A DNA stretch of 64,000 nucleotides from Dehalococcoidia bacterium. Its GTDB lineage: Bacteria; Chloroflexota; Dehalococcoidia; UBA2979. A program made the translations under genes and the position numbers. The DNA lies in NCBI GenBank assembly GCA_964291495.2, contig OZ219871.1, forward strand, positions 736,001 through 800,000. Direction: 5' to 3'. The notes below the pieces were generated by a model. That model was not told where the DNA came from. It saw nothing but the letters and a program-made list of their open reading frames with translations, and searched no databases. Shown here in pieces: positions 9,833 to 18,945 of this stretch; the first letter of the stretch is position 1, and each line of letters begins with the position of its first letter.

Positions 9833-10654
9833 GTGACGTCTCATCGCGAGCCCACGCACACGTGTGGCCCGCTCGCGCTCGAGGTCAGCGGCCTCTGGGC
9901 CGGTTACCCCGGCAAGCCGCCTGCGATCGAGGACGTCAGCTTCGACGTCCCGCAGGGGGAGATGGTCGGCCTCGTCGGGCCGAACGGGGCCGGCAAGTCC
10001 ACGCTCTTCAAGTCGATCCTCGGCGTCATGCGTCCGCTGCTCGGCGAGGTGCGTGTCTTCGGGCGCCCCGTCTCGGAGACGCGGTCGGACGTCGCCTACA
10101 CCCCGCAGGTCGAGGAGGTCGACTGGGAGTTCCCGGTCAGCGTTCGCGACGTGGTGCTGATGGGCCGCTGGCGTGGGACCAGCCCGTTCCGTCGCTGGTC
10201 GCGCGAGGACCGCGAGGCCGCCGAGGACGCACTCGAGCGCGTCGGCCTCGCCGAGCTCTCCGGGCGGCAGGTCGGCGAGCTATCGGGCGGGCAGCGCCGC
10301 CGCGTGCTGATCGCCCGCTCGATCGCGCGAGGCGCGCGGCTGCTGCTGCTCGACGAGCCATTCGCCGGCCTCGACGCCGCCGTCGAGCACGACCTGCTCG
10401 TGATCCTCGGCGAGCTCACCCACGAGGGCTGCAGCATCCTGATCGCCACGCACGACATCTCCTGCGTTGCGAACGCCTGCCACGGGGCGTGCTGCCTGAA
10501 CCGCCGCGTGCAGGGCTACGGGCCGCCCGCCGACGTGCTCACCGAGGACGTGCTCTCGCGCACCTTCGAGCGCGCGCTCGTCCCGGTCGGCGCGGATCGC
10601 GAGTTCGTGGTCGCCGCGGGCACGGCGCCGCCCGGGCGGTCTGAGGGCGGATGA
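9833..10654 (+). CDS. znuC: Zn/Mn ABC transporter ATP-binding protein
   Basis: GPNGAGKST, LSGGQRRR, LLLDEPF, THD motifs; operon context. Confidence 0.92.
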   Translation: MTSHREPTHTCGPLALEVSGLWAGYPGKPPAIEDVSFDVPQGEMVGLVGPNGAGKSTLFKSILGVMRPLLGEVRVFGRPVSETRSDVAYTPQVEEVDWEFPVSVRDVVLMGRWRGTSPFRRWSREDREAAEDALERVGLAELSGRQVGELSGGQRRRVLIARSIARGARLLLLDEPFAGLDAAVEHDLLVILGELTHEGCSILIATHDISCVANACHGACCLNRRVQGYGPPADVLTEDVLSRTFERALVPVGADREFVVAAGTAPPGRSEGG

Positions 10655-11508
10655 TCGTGGAACTCGCGGAGTGGCTGATCGCGCCCTACGAGTACACGTT
10701 CATGCGACGCGCGCTCGGCTCGCTGCTGATCGTCAGCCTGGTCGGCTCGGTCGTCGGCACCTTCGTCGTGCACAAGGGGTTGGCGGCGTCGGGCAACGGG
10801 CTCGCGCACGCGACGCTGGGCGGAGTTGCGATCGCCTTCGTCAACGGCGCCAGCGTAGCGCTGGGCGCCCTCGCCGCGGCCGTCGCGACGGCGCTCGGCA
10901 TCGGCTACGCGCGGCGCACCTCGCGCGTCAGCTACGACACGGCGATCGCGATCTTCTTCGTCTCCGCTTTCTCGCTCGGCATCCTCGTGATCTCGCGCCG
11001 CTCGACCTACACGCCGGACCTCCTCTCCTTCGTGTTCGGCGACATCCTCGGCGTCTCGCGGGCGGACCTGGTCGGCGAGCTCGCGCTTGCCGTCGTCGTG
11101 ATCGGCTTCGTGCTCGCCTTCTACCGGGAGATGGTGATGGTCGCCTACGACCCCGGAATGGCGGCTGCGGCCGGGGTGCGGACTGGGTTCTTCGAATTCT
11201 CGCTGCTGGTCCTGATCGCGCTCGCAGTGGTGGTGGCGCTGCAGGCGATCGGCATCGTGCTGGTCACGGCGACGCTGATCATCCCGCCGGCGACGGCGAG
11301 CCTGCTGTTCCGGCGGATCCCGCTGATCATGGCGACAGGGTTCCTGATCGGCGCGGCCACCTCCGTGGCCGGCCTGTACGCCTCGTTCCACGCGGGCGTC
11401 GCCGCCAGTCCCGCCATCGTGCTCTCCGCGACGGCCACCTTCACCGTCGCGCTGCTGGCCACCTCGCTGCGCCGCACGCGCCTCCCGGCTCCCGCAACCG
11501 CCGAGTAG
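10651..11508 (+). CDS. znuB: Zn/Mn ABC transporter permease
   Basis: ABC-3 motifs 'YTFMRRAL', 'LAHATLGG', 'FGDILG'; ATGA overlap with znuC. Confidence 0.92.
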   Translation: MIVELAEWLIAPYEYTFMRRALGSLLIVSLVGSVVGTFVVHKGLAASGNGLAHATLGGVAIAFVNGASVALGALAAAVATALGIGYARRTSRVSYDTAIAIFFVSAFSLGILVISRRSTYTPDLLSFVFGDILGVSRADLVGELALAVVVIGFVLAFYREMVMVAYDPGMAAAAGVRTGFFEFSLLVLIALAVVVALQAIGIVLVTATLIIPPATASLLFRRIPLIMATGFLIGAATSVAGLYASFHAGVAASPAIVLSATATFTVALLATSLRRTRLPAPATAE

Positions 11509-11639
11509 CGCGCCCCAATCGCGAGGGCGCGAGGGCGCCCTGAGTGCTCCCAGGCATGCTCGTAACGAGCCGATACGGCGCTGAGCGCACCGTCGGCGCC
11601 GTCGGTCGAGCGTCGGGAACTACGTCCGGGCGCGAAAGC

Positions 11640-12386
11640 TCACGCCGTTCCGCCGGTCCTCTCAGTCCCCCGGGATGAGCCCTGCATCGCGGCGAAGTGT
11701 CGCTCTACCCGGCCTGTCAGCAGCATCGCGGCAATCACGACAAGCCACAGCACGAAGGCGATACCGCTGATCCTGTGGACGATCGTTGCGGCATCCACCC
11801 AGATGAACTGCATCCCGATTCCGAGCGCCAGCGAACCCGGTGCAATGCGACGGAGGGCACCGCCGGCCTTCCACTGTCGCTGCGCCGCCGCCAGCAGCGC
11901 CAGTCCCGCGGCCGCGAACCCTGCCGCGCCGGTGATCCAGCGGACGCTCGCGATCGCCTCGGTCGAGCCTTCCACGACGCTGAGGGCTGCGGCCTCCGAC
12001 GCCGCTGGCGCGGACGCGGCGAGCGCGAGGGCGCACACGCCGGATACGGCGGTGAAGGCGCCCGAGACGGCGAGCAGCAGGGGAACGAGCGGAGTGCCGA
12101 GTCGTTCTCGAACGATCCAGGTACACCAGAGGAACCAGGCCCCGGCGATCAGCGCGAGGGCGGAGACAAGACGCGCGGCGCCGCTCACGCTGTACATGGC
12201 CTTGTCGGCGGCAATCGCGCGGATCGATTCCAGCAGGTCCGGTTGGTCGGCATCCGCGGAGACACGCGCAAACACCATCACCACGGTGGCAGCCGCCGTG
12301 AGCAGCAAGAGCAGGCCCGCCTTTCGCGCAGCGGGATCCCGAGGCCGACCGAGGGCGGTCGTCACTGCTTGACCTGACCTGTCCAC
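11640..12386 (-). CDS. Multi-pass membrane protein (DUF4386-like), hypothetical
   Basis: About 6 TM helices; its 3' half is duplicated at 46058-46383. Confidence 0.7.
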   Translation of the reverse strand: MDRSGQAVTTALGRPRDPAARKAGLLLLLTAAATVVMVFARVSADADQPDLLESIRAIAADKAMYSVSGAARLVSALALIAGAWFLWCTWIVRERLGTPLVPLLLAVSGAFTAVSGVCALALAASAPAASEAAALSVVEGSTEAIASVRWITGAAGFAAAGLALLAAAQRQWKAGGALRRIAPGSLALGIGMQFIWVDAATIVHRISGIAFVLWLVVIAAMLLTGRVERHFAAMQGSSRGTERTGGTA

Positions 12387-12400
12387 GCGCCGGACTCCGC

Positions 12401-13432
12401 CTACGGCAGCACGCCGGCCGAACGCAGCAGGCGCAGCGTGCCCTCGAGGTCCGCGAGGTCGCTCAGGTCGATCGGCGGCGGCTGCAGGTCGGCGATGGGC
12501 GTGAGGTGGGGGGCGCTCGGCACGCCCGCGATCAGCGGGTACTCGGAGTTCGTCTCCGCGTAGTAGCGCTGCGCCTCCTCGCCGAGCATGAACTCGAGGA
12601 ACTTCCGCGCCTCGTCGCTGCGGTCCGAGGTCTTGAGGACGCCGGCGCCCGCCACGTTGACGAGCGTGCCGATGTCCCCCGGGCCGGTGTGGTAGTTGCG
12701 CGCGGGGAAGCCCTCGCCCTCCTCGGCAAGGAAGCGGTGCAGGTAGTAGTGGTTGACGAGGCCGACGTCGACCTCGCCGCGGCCGACGGCGGCGACGATC
12801 GACACGTTGTTCGGGAACTCGGCCGCGTCGTTCGCCTTCATGCCCTCAAGCCAGGCGCGCGCGGCCTCCTCGCCCTCGCCGACGCGCAGCGCGGTGACCC
12901 ACGCCTGGAACGAGCCGTTGGCGGGCGCCCAGGCGACGCGGTCGCGCCACTTCGGGTCGGTCAGCTCGAGGATCGAGGTCGGCAGCTCGGAGGGCTCGAG
13001 GACGTCCGTGTTGTAGATCAGCACGCGCGCGCGGCCGGAGAGCCCGACCCACTGTCCCTCGCGCGAGCGGTAGGCCGACGGCACGAGGTCAAGGATGTCG
13101 TCGTCGAGGTCGGCGAACAGTCCGGCCGCCTGCACAGCGCCGAGCGCGCCCGCGTCCTGTGCGATGTAGAGGTCGGCCGGGCTCTGCTCGCCCTCCTCGA
13201 TGAGGAGCGCGGCGAGCTGGGCGGTGCCGCCGTAGCGCACCTTGACGTTGATGCCGGTCTCCTCGGCAAAGCGCTGGAGGAGGGGCCCGACCAGGTCCGG
13301 GCTGCGGCCCGAGTAGATCGTGAGCTCCCGCTCGTCATCGTCGCCGCAGCCGACGGCAAGCAGCGCGCCGGCCGCGGCGACCGCCAGCACCCCGATCGAC
13401 AGCAGCCGCAAGACACTTCCTCGTGACGTCAT
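12401..13432 (-). CDS. Fe(III) ABC transporter substrate-binding lipoprotein (FutA/FbpA family)
   Basis: TIYSGR, EGEQSPAD, VGLSGRARV, GLVNHYY (tandem Tyr iron ligands), EYPL; lipobox AVGC. Confidence 0.9.
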   Translation of the reverse strand: MTSRGSVLRLLSIGVLAVAAAGALLAVGCGDDDERELTIYSGRSPDLVGPLLQRFAEETGINVKVRYGGTAQLAALLIEEGEQSPADLYIAQDAGALGAVQAAGLFADLDDDILDLVPSAYRSREGQWVGLSGRARVLIYNTDVLEPSELPTSILELTDPKWRDRVAWAPANGSFQAWVTALRVGEGEEAARAWLEGMKANDAAEFPNNVSIVAAVGRGEVDVGLVNHYYLHRFLAEEGEGFPARNYHTGPGDIGTLVNVAGAGVLKTSDRSDEARKFLEFMLGEEAQRYYAETNSEYPLIAGVPSAPHLTPIADLQPPPIDLSDLADLEGTLRLLRSAGVLP

Positions 13433-13493
13433 CGCTACCCCGCAGAATTCGTCCCAGCCTACCAGCGTCAGACGTTGACACTATGACCATATA

Positions 13494-13512
13494 TTAGGTT
13501 AGACTGCATTTC
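13494..13512. promoter_or_regulatory. DtxR/IdeR-like iron box in divergent promoter
   Basis: TTAGGTTAGACTGCATTTC matches consensus TTAGGTTAGGCTAACCTAA at 12/19 with a perfect left 9-mer; AT-rich patch with TTGACA at 13475. Confidence 0.5.
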
Positions 13513-13586
13513 GGCATCAGTCCAGAGCCTTACGAGGTCATAGCGCGAATCGTACCACGGATCCCCTCCAAGCGAACAAGGGAGCA

Positions 13587-16500
13587 ATGCCTGGACTCAT
13601 GACGAACGTGGCAGGCAGCACAGGACAACTCCGGGGGCCCGCCCTGCTTGGCCGGCGCTCGCGCTGGCTCGTGGCGGCGCTGCTTACCGTCGTCGCCGCT
13701 GTCGTGGTCCTCCGCGCCGCCGATGGCGCGCTGCTGCGGGAGGGCATCGCCGAGCTGGCGAGGCGCCCCGCATTGCTCGCGCTCCTCTTCGGCGGCTACG
13801 CCGCAGCGTTCGTGCTGCGGGCGTTCGCCTGGCGCGTGCTGCTCGGGCGCGCCCGCGGAGGCGCAAGCAGCGGACGGCTGATCGCGATCCTCCACGCCGC
13901 CCTGCTCGCCAACCACGCGCTGCCCGTCAAGGCGGGCGAGCTGCTGCGACCGGCCCTCGCAGCCCGCGCCGGCATCCCGATCGCCGACGCGACCGTCTCG
14001 ACGGTCGTCGCCCGGGTGCTCGACATCGCCGCGCTGCTCGCGATCGCCGCCGCCCTGCTGCCGCTGACCGCGGGTGGGGATGGCGCGACGGTACTCGCCA
14101 TTCCGGCGCTGCTGCTCGCCGCCGTTGCCGTCGGGCTGCTCTGGTTCCGCGGCACGAGCCTCGCCGGAACCGGCTTCGAGATGTTCGACCGGCTCTGGAC
14201 GCACGCGCGTGACTCGCTCCGCGCGCTCCCGCTTCGCGCCGTCCTGGTCGCGTTCGCCATCACCGTGCCGGGCTGGCTGCTGGAGTCCGTCGTCCTCTAC
14301 GCGGCGGCGCAGGCGCTCGGCCTCGAACTCTCATTGCCAGCGGCAGCCGCGGTGACGGCGTTCACGATCCTCTTCCAGATCGTGCATCTCACGCCCGGCG
14401 GGATCGGCGTCTACGAGGCGAGCATGACCGCCGCCCTGCAGGCGCAGGGCATGCCGGGCGGCGAGGCGCTGACGCTCGCTGTGCTCACGCACGGGCTCAA
14501 GTTCGCCTACGCCTTCGGCCTCGGGGCGCCGCTCACGCTGCTCGCCGTCGGCGGGGTGCCGTCGCTCAGCCGCCTGCGCGGCAGCCGCGAGGACTCGAAG
14601 CGCGCCGGCCGCTTCGAGATCGTGGCGGCCCGGCTCTGGAACGTGCTCAACGAGGGCAAGCCGTTCACCCCCGTGTTCGTCGCCGGCGTGCTGCTGCTGC
14701 TCGGCCTCCCGCACTTCGCCGACGGCGGCTACTGGCTCAGGCAGCTGGTCGCACTCGTCGCGCTGCTGCCGCTGTTCGCCCTGTTCTATCGCTACGCCTT
14801 CCCGCTGCACCTGCGCGGCGGGTTGTGGGTGCTGCTCGCGGCCTGCCTCGCGCTGTTCCGCTTCATCGACGTGCAGGCGATCGCTCTCGTGTTCGCGTTG
14901 TACCTGGGCTTCACCGTCGTGCTCTGGGGCAGCGTCTACTACCACCTGCGCATCGGCACGCCGTGGACGAACGGGCTGCGTTTCTGGCGGCTCGTGCTCG
15001 AGAACCCGGACCCGACGAGCGGGAACTTCCTCGAGCAGGTTCCCAAGGTGCTCATCCTCGTGCTGCTCTCCGGCTTCCTCGTGGACCACCCGGGCCCGCT
15101 CTCGATCGCGGCCGTCGAGGCGTTCACGCTCGGCGCCGCCGTCCTCACCGTACTCACCCACCAGTGGTGGTTCACCTGGGCGCCGCCCGACCCACTGGCG
15201 CCGACGCGGCTGCGTAACGAGGGTGGCCCCGCGCTCTGCCGCCGCGTGATCCTGATCGTGATCGACGGCTGCCGCGCCGACCGGCTCGCCGAGGCGCGCA
15301 CGCCGTTCCTCGACCGTCTCGCCGCCGAGGGCCTCGCCTGCGAGGACATGCGCACGGTCTACCCGGCGCGCACGGTCACCGCGTTCACCTCGATGCTGAC
15401 GGGTGCGACGCCGCGCGTGCACGGCATGCGCAGCAACTTCGTGCCCTCGCTCGGCGCGAAGTGCGAGTCGATCTTCGACGTGCTGGAGCAGCGCGGCATG
15501 CGCGGCCGCCTCGCCGGCATCGCCCACCTCGTCGACTCGTTCGGCGAGGAGGCCGTCGAGACGGTCACCGCCGTCACGCCGAACGAGGAGATCGACGACG
15601 CGCTCGTCGCCCGCGCGCGCGAGGTCATGCGGCGCGACGACCCCGAGCTGCTGGTCCTGCAGACGCTGTCGGTCGACCAGACGGGCCACGCGCGCGGCAG
15701 CTACTACCCCGAGTACCTCGAGCGCATCGAGGCGACAGACCGGCTGCTCGAGGAGTTCGTGGGCTGGTGCCGCGCGGAGGGCTACCTCGACGGCGCGACG
15801 CTGATCGTGACCTCCGACCACGGACAGGGTCGCGGCATCGGCGGGCACGGCCACCTCACCGAGCCGGAGCGCCGCGTGCCCTTCATCGCCTGGGGCGAGG
15901 GCGTCCCGCGCGGCGTGCGCATCGAGGACGACCGGAGCCTGCTCGATGTCGCGCCGACGCTTGCGTACTACCTCGGGGTCCCGCCGCCGGCACGGTCGGT
16001 CGGCCAGGTGCTGTTCACGCCGGACGGCGTGCCGCCGCGCGACGACGGCCCGCTCGCGATCGTCATCCCGGCCTACAACGAGGCCGAGGTGCTGCCGGAG
16101 GTGCTCGCCCGCATCCCGCGCGCGCAGCTCGGCGAGACCGTTGCGATCGTGGTCGACGACGGCTCCGAGGACGGCACCGCCCTCGTCGCGGAACGCACGG
16201 GCGCGGACCTCGTGGTGCGGCACGAGCGCAATCGCGGCCTCGGTGCGGCGCTGCGCACGGGCCTCGAGACCGCGCGCGGGCTCAACGCGCGTGCCGCCGT
16301 CTACCTGGACGCCGACCTCGAGTATGACCCGGCGGAGATCCCGGCGCTGCTCGCGCCGATCGAGGCCGGCGAGGCGGACTACGTCCTCGGCTCGCGCTTC
16401 CTCGGACGCCGCGAGGGGCACGCGCTGTGGCGCTCCTCGGGCAACCGGGTCTTCACGCTGGCGCTGAGCTTCGCCGCCGGCCGGCGCATCTCCGACGGGC

Positions 16501-16724
16501 AGACGGGGTTCCGCGCCTTCTCGGCGCGGGCGCTCAACGTGGCGGAGATCGTCCACGACTACAACTACGCGCAGGTCCTCACGCTGGACCTGCTGCACAA
16601 GGGGATGCGCCTCGCCGAGGCGCCGATCTCCTACCGCAGCCGCACCCGCGGCCGCTCATTCATCAACGGGCACTACCTCTGGCGCGTGCCACTCGGCATG
16701 GCGCGGGAGTTGTTGGGCAGTTAG
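13587..16724 (+). CDS. Triple fusion: LPG-synthase-TM/UPF0104 flippase-like + membrane-bound alkaline phosphatase/phosphodiesterase family + GT2 (DPM1-like) glycosyltransferase
   Basis: N: ANHALPVKAGELLRP, TPGGIGVYE. Middle: ILIVIDGCRAD, YPART, SVDQTGH, TSDHG, GGHG. C: VIPAYNE, VDDGSEDGT, YLDADLEY, DGQTGFRAF. One uninterrupted 1045-aa ORF. Confidence 0.85.
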   Translation: MPGLMTNVAGSTGQLRGPALLGRRSRWLVAALLTVVAAVVVLRAADGALLREGIAELARRPALLALLFGGYAAAFVLRAFAWRVLLGRARGGASSGRLIAILHAALLANHALPVKAGELLRPALAARAGIPIADATVSTVVARVLDIAALLAIAAALLPLTAGGDGATVLAIPALLLAAVAVGLLWFRGTSLAGTGFEMFDRLWTHARDSLRALPLRAVLVAFAITVPGWLLESVVLYAAAQALGLELSLPAAAAVTAFTILFQIVHLTPGGIGVYEASMTAALQAQGMPGGEALTLAVLTHGLKFAYAFGLGAPLTLLAVGGVPSLSRLRGSREDSKRAGRFEIVAARLWNVLNEGKPFTPVFVAGVLLLLGLPHFADGGYWLRQLVALVALLPLFALFYRYAFPLHLRGGLWVLLAACLALFRFIDVQAIALVFALYLGFTVVLWGSVYYHLRIGTPWTNGLRFWRLVLENPDPTSGNFLEQVPKVLILVLLSGFLVDHPGPLSIAAVEAFTLGAAVLTVLTHQWWFTWAPPDPLAPTRLRNEGGPALCRRVILIVIDGCRADRLAEARTPFLDRLAAEGLACEDMRTVYPARTVTAFTSMLTGATPRVHGMRSNFVPSLGAKCESIFDVLEQRGMRGRLAGIAHLVDSFGEEAVETVTAVTPNEEIDDALVARAREVMRRDDPELLVLQTLSVDQTGHARGSYYPEYLERIEATDRLLEEFVGWCRAEGYLDGATLIVTSDHGQGRGIGGHGHLTEPERRVPFIAWGEGVPRGVRIEDDRSLLDVAPTLAYYLGVPPPARSVGQVLFTPDGVPPRDDGPLAIVIPAYNEAEVLPEVLARIPRAQLGETVAIVVDDGSEDGTALVAERTGADLVVRHERNRGLGAALRTGLETARGLNARAAVYLDADLEYDPAEIPALLAPIEAGEADYVLGSRFLGRREGHALWRSSGNRVFTLALSFAAGRRISDGQTGFRAFSARALNVAEIVHDYNYAQVLTLDLLHKGMRLAEAPISYRSRTRGRSFINGHYLWRVPLGMARELLGS

Positions 16725-16761
16725 CCAGAGCGCCACCCGGCGCGGAGGGAGGAATCGAGTC

Positions 16762-18042
16762 ATGAGAGTGGCATTGGCAGGCCTGCGCACGGTCGCGGCG
16801 TTCGTGGTCCTCGCAGCACTGGCGGCGCTTGTCGCCGCCTGCGACGGCGACGATGGCGAGGACCGGCCGGGCACGGTGGAGGTCGTCGACGGGGGATCGG
16901 CGTCGGTATCGGCCTCCGTCTCCGGTGTCAGCGGGTCCGTCTCCGGCACGGGGACTGGCACGGGCACGGCGACCGGCTCCGTTTCCGGCACGGGGACCGG
17001 CACGGGCACGGCGACCGGCTCGGCGACCGGAACCGGCACGGGCACGGCGACCAGGGCTGACGAGCGGGGCCTCTTCATCCCGGTGGGTCAGCCTGCCGAG
17101 ACGGAAGGCCCTACCAGGTCGGACGGCTACTACTACCCCACGACGAACCGGGAGATCTACCAGAAGATCGCCTCGGACTACCAGGAGATCGCCTCACTCA
17201 CCAACGTGATCAAGGATGGCGAACCCTTGCCCGCGGCGGAGATCTGGCTGCTCTATGAAGCTGGTCCGCACACCCGCATCGGCAACCAGAGCCGGACACT
17301 CCGCAGCTTCGCAGCTGGCACCACGCCGGGCCGCTATTTCCCGGATGCCGCGGAGTTCTACGGGTCCGGCACGTTCCTCGACAGCCCGATCCAGAACGCA
17401 GTGCGCCAGCGCGGCGACGCGGCGGACTACACCGACGCGCAACGGCGTCAGGCCATCAACAAGGGCATCCTCCGGGTCCTCTACCACTGGTCCAAGTTCT
17501 ACATGATCATCGGCGGCGACTTCATGCGATCCGGCCTCGTGGACGAGGCATGGGCCGTCTACGTCGGCGAGGAAGTCGACGGCGAGTACCCGAACTCGCT
17601 GGCTGCCCTGGCCCGGTCGCGGGAGGGCAACTTCGGCAGGGAAGGGACGCTGGACGTTCCCCTCCGCGAGGCGATGGAGCAAGCCCGGCAGGCGGCCGAC
17701 GCGGGGGACGAAGCGGCCTACGCAAGCGCGGCGCGGGACGTGTACTCGCGATTCAACGCCATCTTCTACCTGGCAACCGTGCGGTACATCGGCATCGCGC
17801 AGGAAGACGTACAGAACGGCGACGACCCGGGCACGCACCAGGTTGAAGCGCTGGCGTTCTACCAGTCGATCCAGCCCGAGGTCGCCAGGGCCGACCCGGC
17901 TGCCGACGAGACGATCATCGCCTACCTCACGGCTGAGCCGGACCAGGTCACGGCTGCGTCGCGGGACGCGGCTCTGGCCGCGCTCAACAGGACGGCGGAG
18001 GCCCTCCTGCTGAAGCAGAGCGACCTGGTGGCGAGCTACTAG
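16762..18042 (+). CDS. Lipoprotein with Gly/Ser/Thr repeat linker and FEA1-like (low-iron-inducible) domain
   Basis: Lipobox VAAC. 'VDEAWAVYVG...LARSREGNFG', 'FYLATVRY' and 'EALAFYQSIQP' resemble FEA1-family motifs as recalled; not searched. Confidence 0.6.
   Translation: MRVALAGLRTVAAFVVLAALAALVAACDGDDGEDRPGTVEVVDGGSASVSASVSGVSGSVSGTGTGTGTATGSVSGTGTGTGTATGSATGTGTGTATRADERGLFIPVGQPAETEGPTRSDGYYYPTTNREIYQKIASDYQEIASLTNVIKDGEPLPAAEIWLLYEAGPHTRIGNQSRTLRSFAAGTTPGRYFPDAAEFYGSGTFLDSPIQNAVRQRGDAADYTDAQRRQAINKGILRVLYHWSKFYMIIGGDFMRSGLVDEAWAVYVGEEVDGEYPNSLAALARSREGNFGREGTLDVPLREAMEQARQAADAGDEAAYASAARDVYSRFNAIFYLATVRYIGIAQEDVQNGDDPGTHQVEALAFYQSIQPEVARADPAADETIIAYLTAEPDQVTAASRDAALAALNRTAEALLLKQSDLVASY
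16897..17052 (+). repeat. Coding low-complexity repeat (SVSGTGTGTGTATG x2-3)
   Basis: 42-bp unit TCCGTYTCCGGCACGGGGACYGGCACGGGCACGGCGACCGGC repeated in tandem. Confidence 0.9.
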
Positions 18043-18126
18043 CGACCAGCCCCGAGGCGACGCCGGCGGCGGGGCGGCCCCTGCCCCGACTCCGCCGCCG
18101 GCGCCCCGGGCTCGGAGGATCCGACC

Positions 18127-18945
18127 ATGAAGATCACCATCGCGGGCTACGGCTCGATCGGCCACTACGTCGCCGACCTGTTCCGCGACCTCGAGCCTGC
18201 CCTCTACGACCCGCCGCTCGGCCTCGGCACGGTCGAGGATCTGCGCGACACGGACTTCGTGATCGTCTGCGTACCGACGCCGCCCCTGCCCTCCGGCGCG
18301 TGCGACACCTCCATCGTCGAGGAAGTCGTGAGGCTCGCCGATCCGCGCGTGGCGATCGTCTGTCACAGCACGGTCGCCGTCGGCACGACGGAGCGGCTGA
18401 TCGCGGGGACGGGGAAGCCGATCGTCTTCGTCCCCGAGTACGCGGGCGAGGCGGACGATCATCCGCTGCGCAACCCCGCGAACCGCCGCTTCCTGATCTA
18501 CGGCGGCCACGAGCCCGCGACGTCCGCCGTACAGGCGCTCTACGAGCAGGCGTACGGACCCGGCCTGCGGCACTTCCGCGTGGCCCCGACGCTCGCCGAG
18601 GTCGTGAAGTACATGGAGAACGCCTTCCTCGCCGCGAAGGTCGCGTTCTGCAACGAGTTCTTCGACCTCTGCAACGCGGCGGGCGTGGACTACGAGTGGG
18701 CCCGCCTGCTCTGGCTGCAGGACGATCGCATCAACCCCAGCCACACCGTCGTCACCGAGGAACGCGGCTACGGCGGGCAGTGCCTGCCCAAGGACGTGGC
18801 CGCGGTCTGCGACGCCGGACGCGAGCTGGGCGCGCCGATGGCGATCCTCGAGGCGGTCCAGGCGGCGAACGTGCGGCATCGAATCAGCGGCGCGAGCGCG
18901 GCGGCGGCCGCGCTGCCCGCCGCTGCGGGGGTACAGGGAAGATGA
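18127..18945 (+). CDS. UDP-glucose/GDP-mannose dehydrogenase family protein, short form without the C-terminal domain
   Basis: GYGSIG, CVPTP, STVAVGTT, PEY, KYMENAFLAAKVAFCNE, GYGGQCLPKD (catalytic Cys); only 272 aa. Confidence 0.85.
   Translation: MKITIAGYGSIGHYVADLFRDLEPALYDPPLGLGTVEDLRDTDFVIVCVPTPPLPSGACDTSIVEEVVRLADPRVAIVCHSTVAVGTTERLIAGTGKPIVFVPEYAGEADDHPLRNPANRRFLIYGGHEPATSAVQALYEQAYGPGLRHFRVAPTLAEVVKYMENAFLAAKVAFCNEFFDLCNAAGVDYEWARLLWLQDDRINPSHTVVTEERGYGGQCLPKDVAAVCDAGRELGAPMAILEAVQAANVRHRISGASAAAAALPAAAGVQGR

Noticed and set aside
18300-18941. N-terminal part of the 378-aa ORF
   Set aside because: Overlaps the dehydrogenase out of frame; the real start is the ATGA-coupled ATG at 18942.
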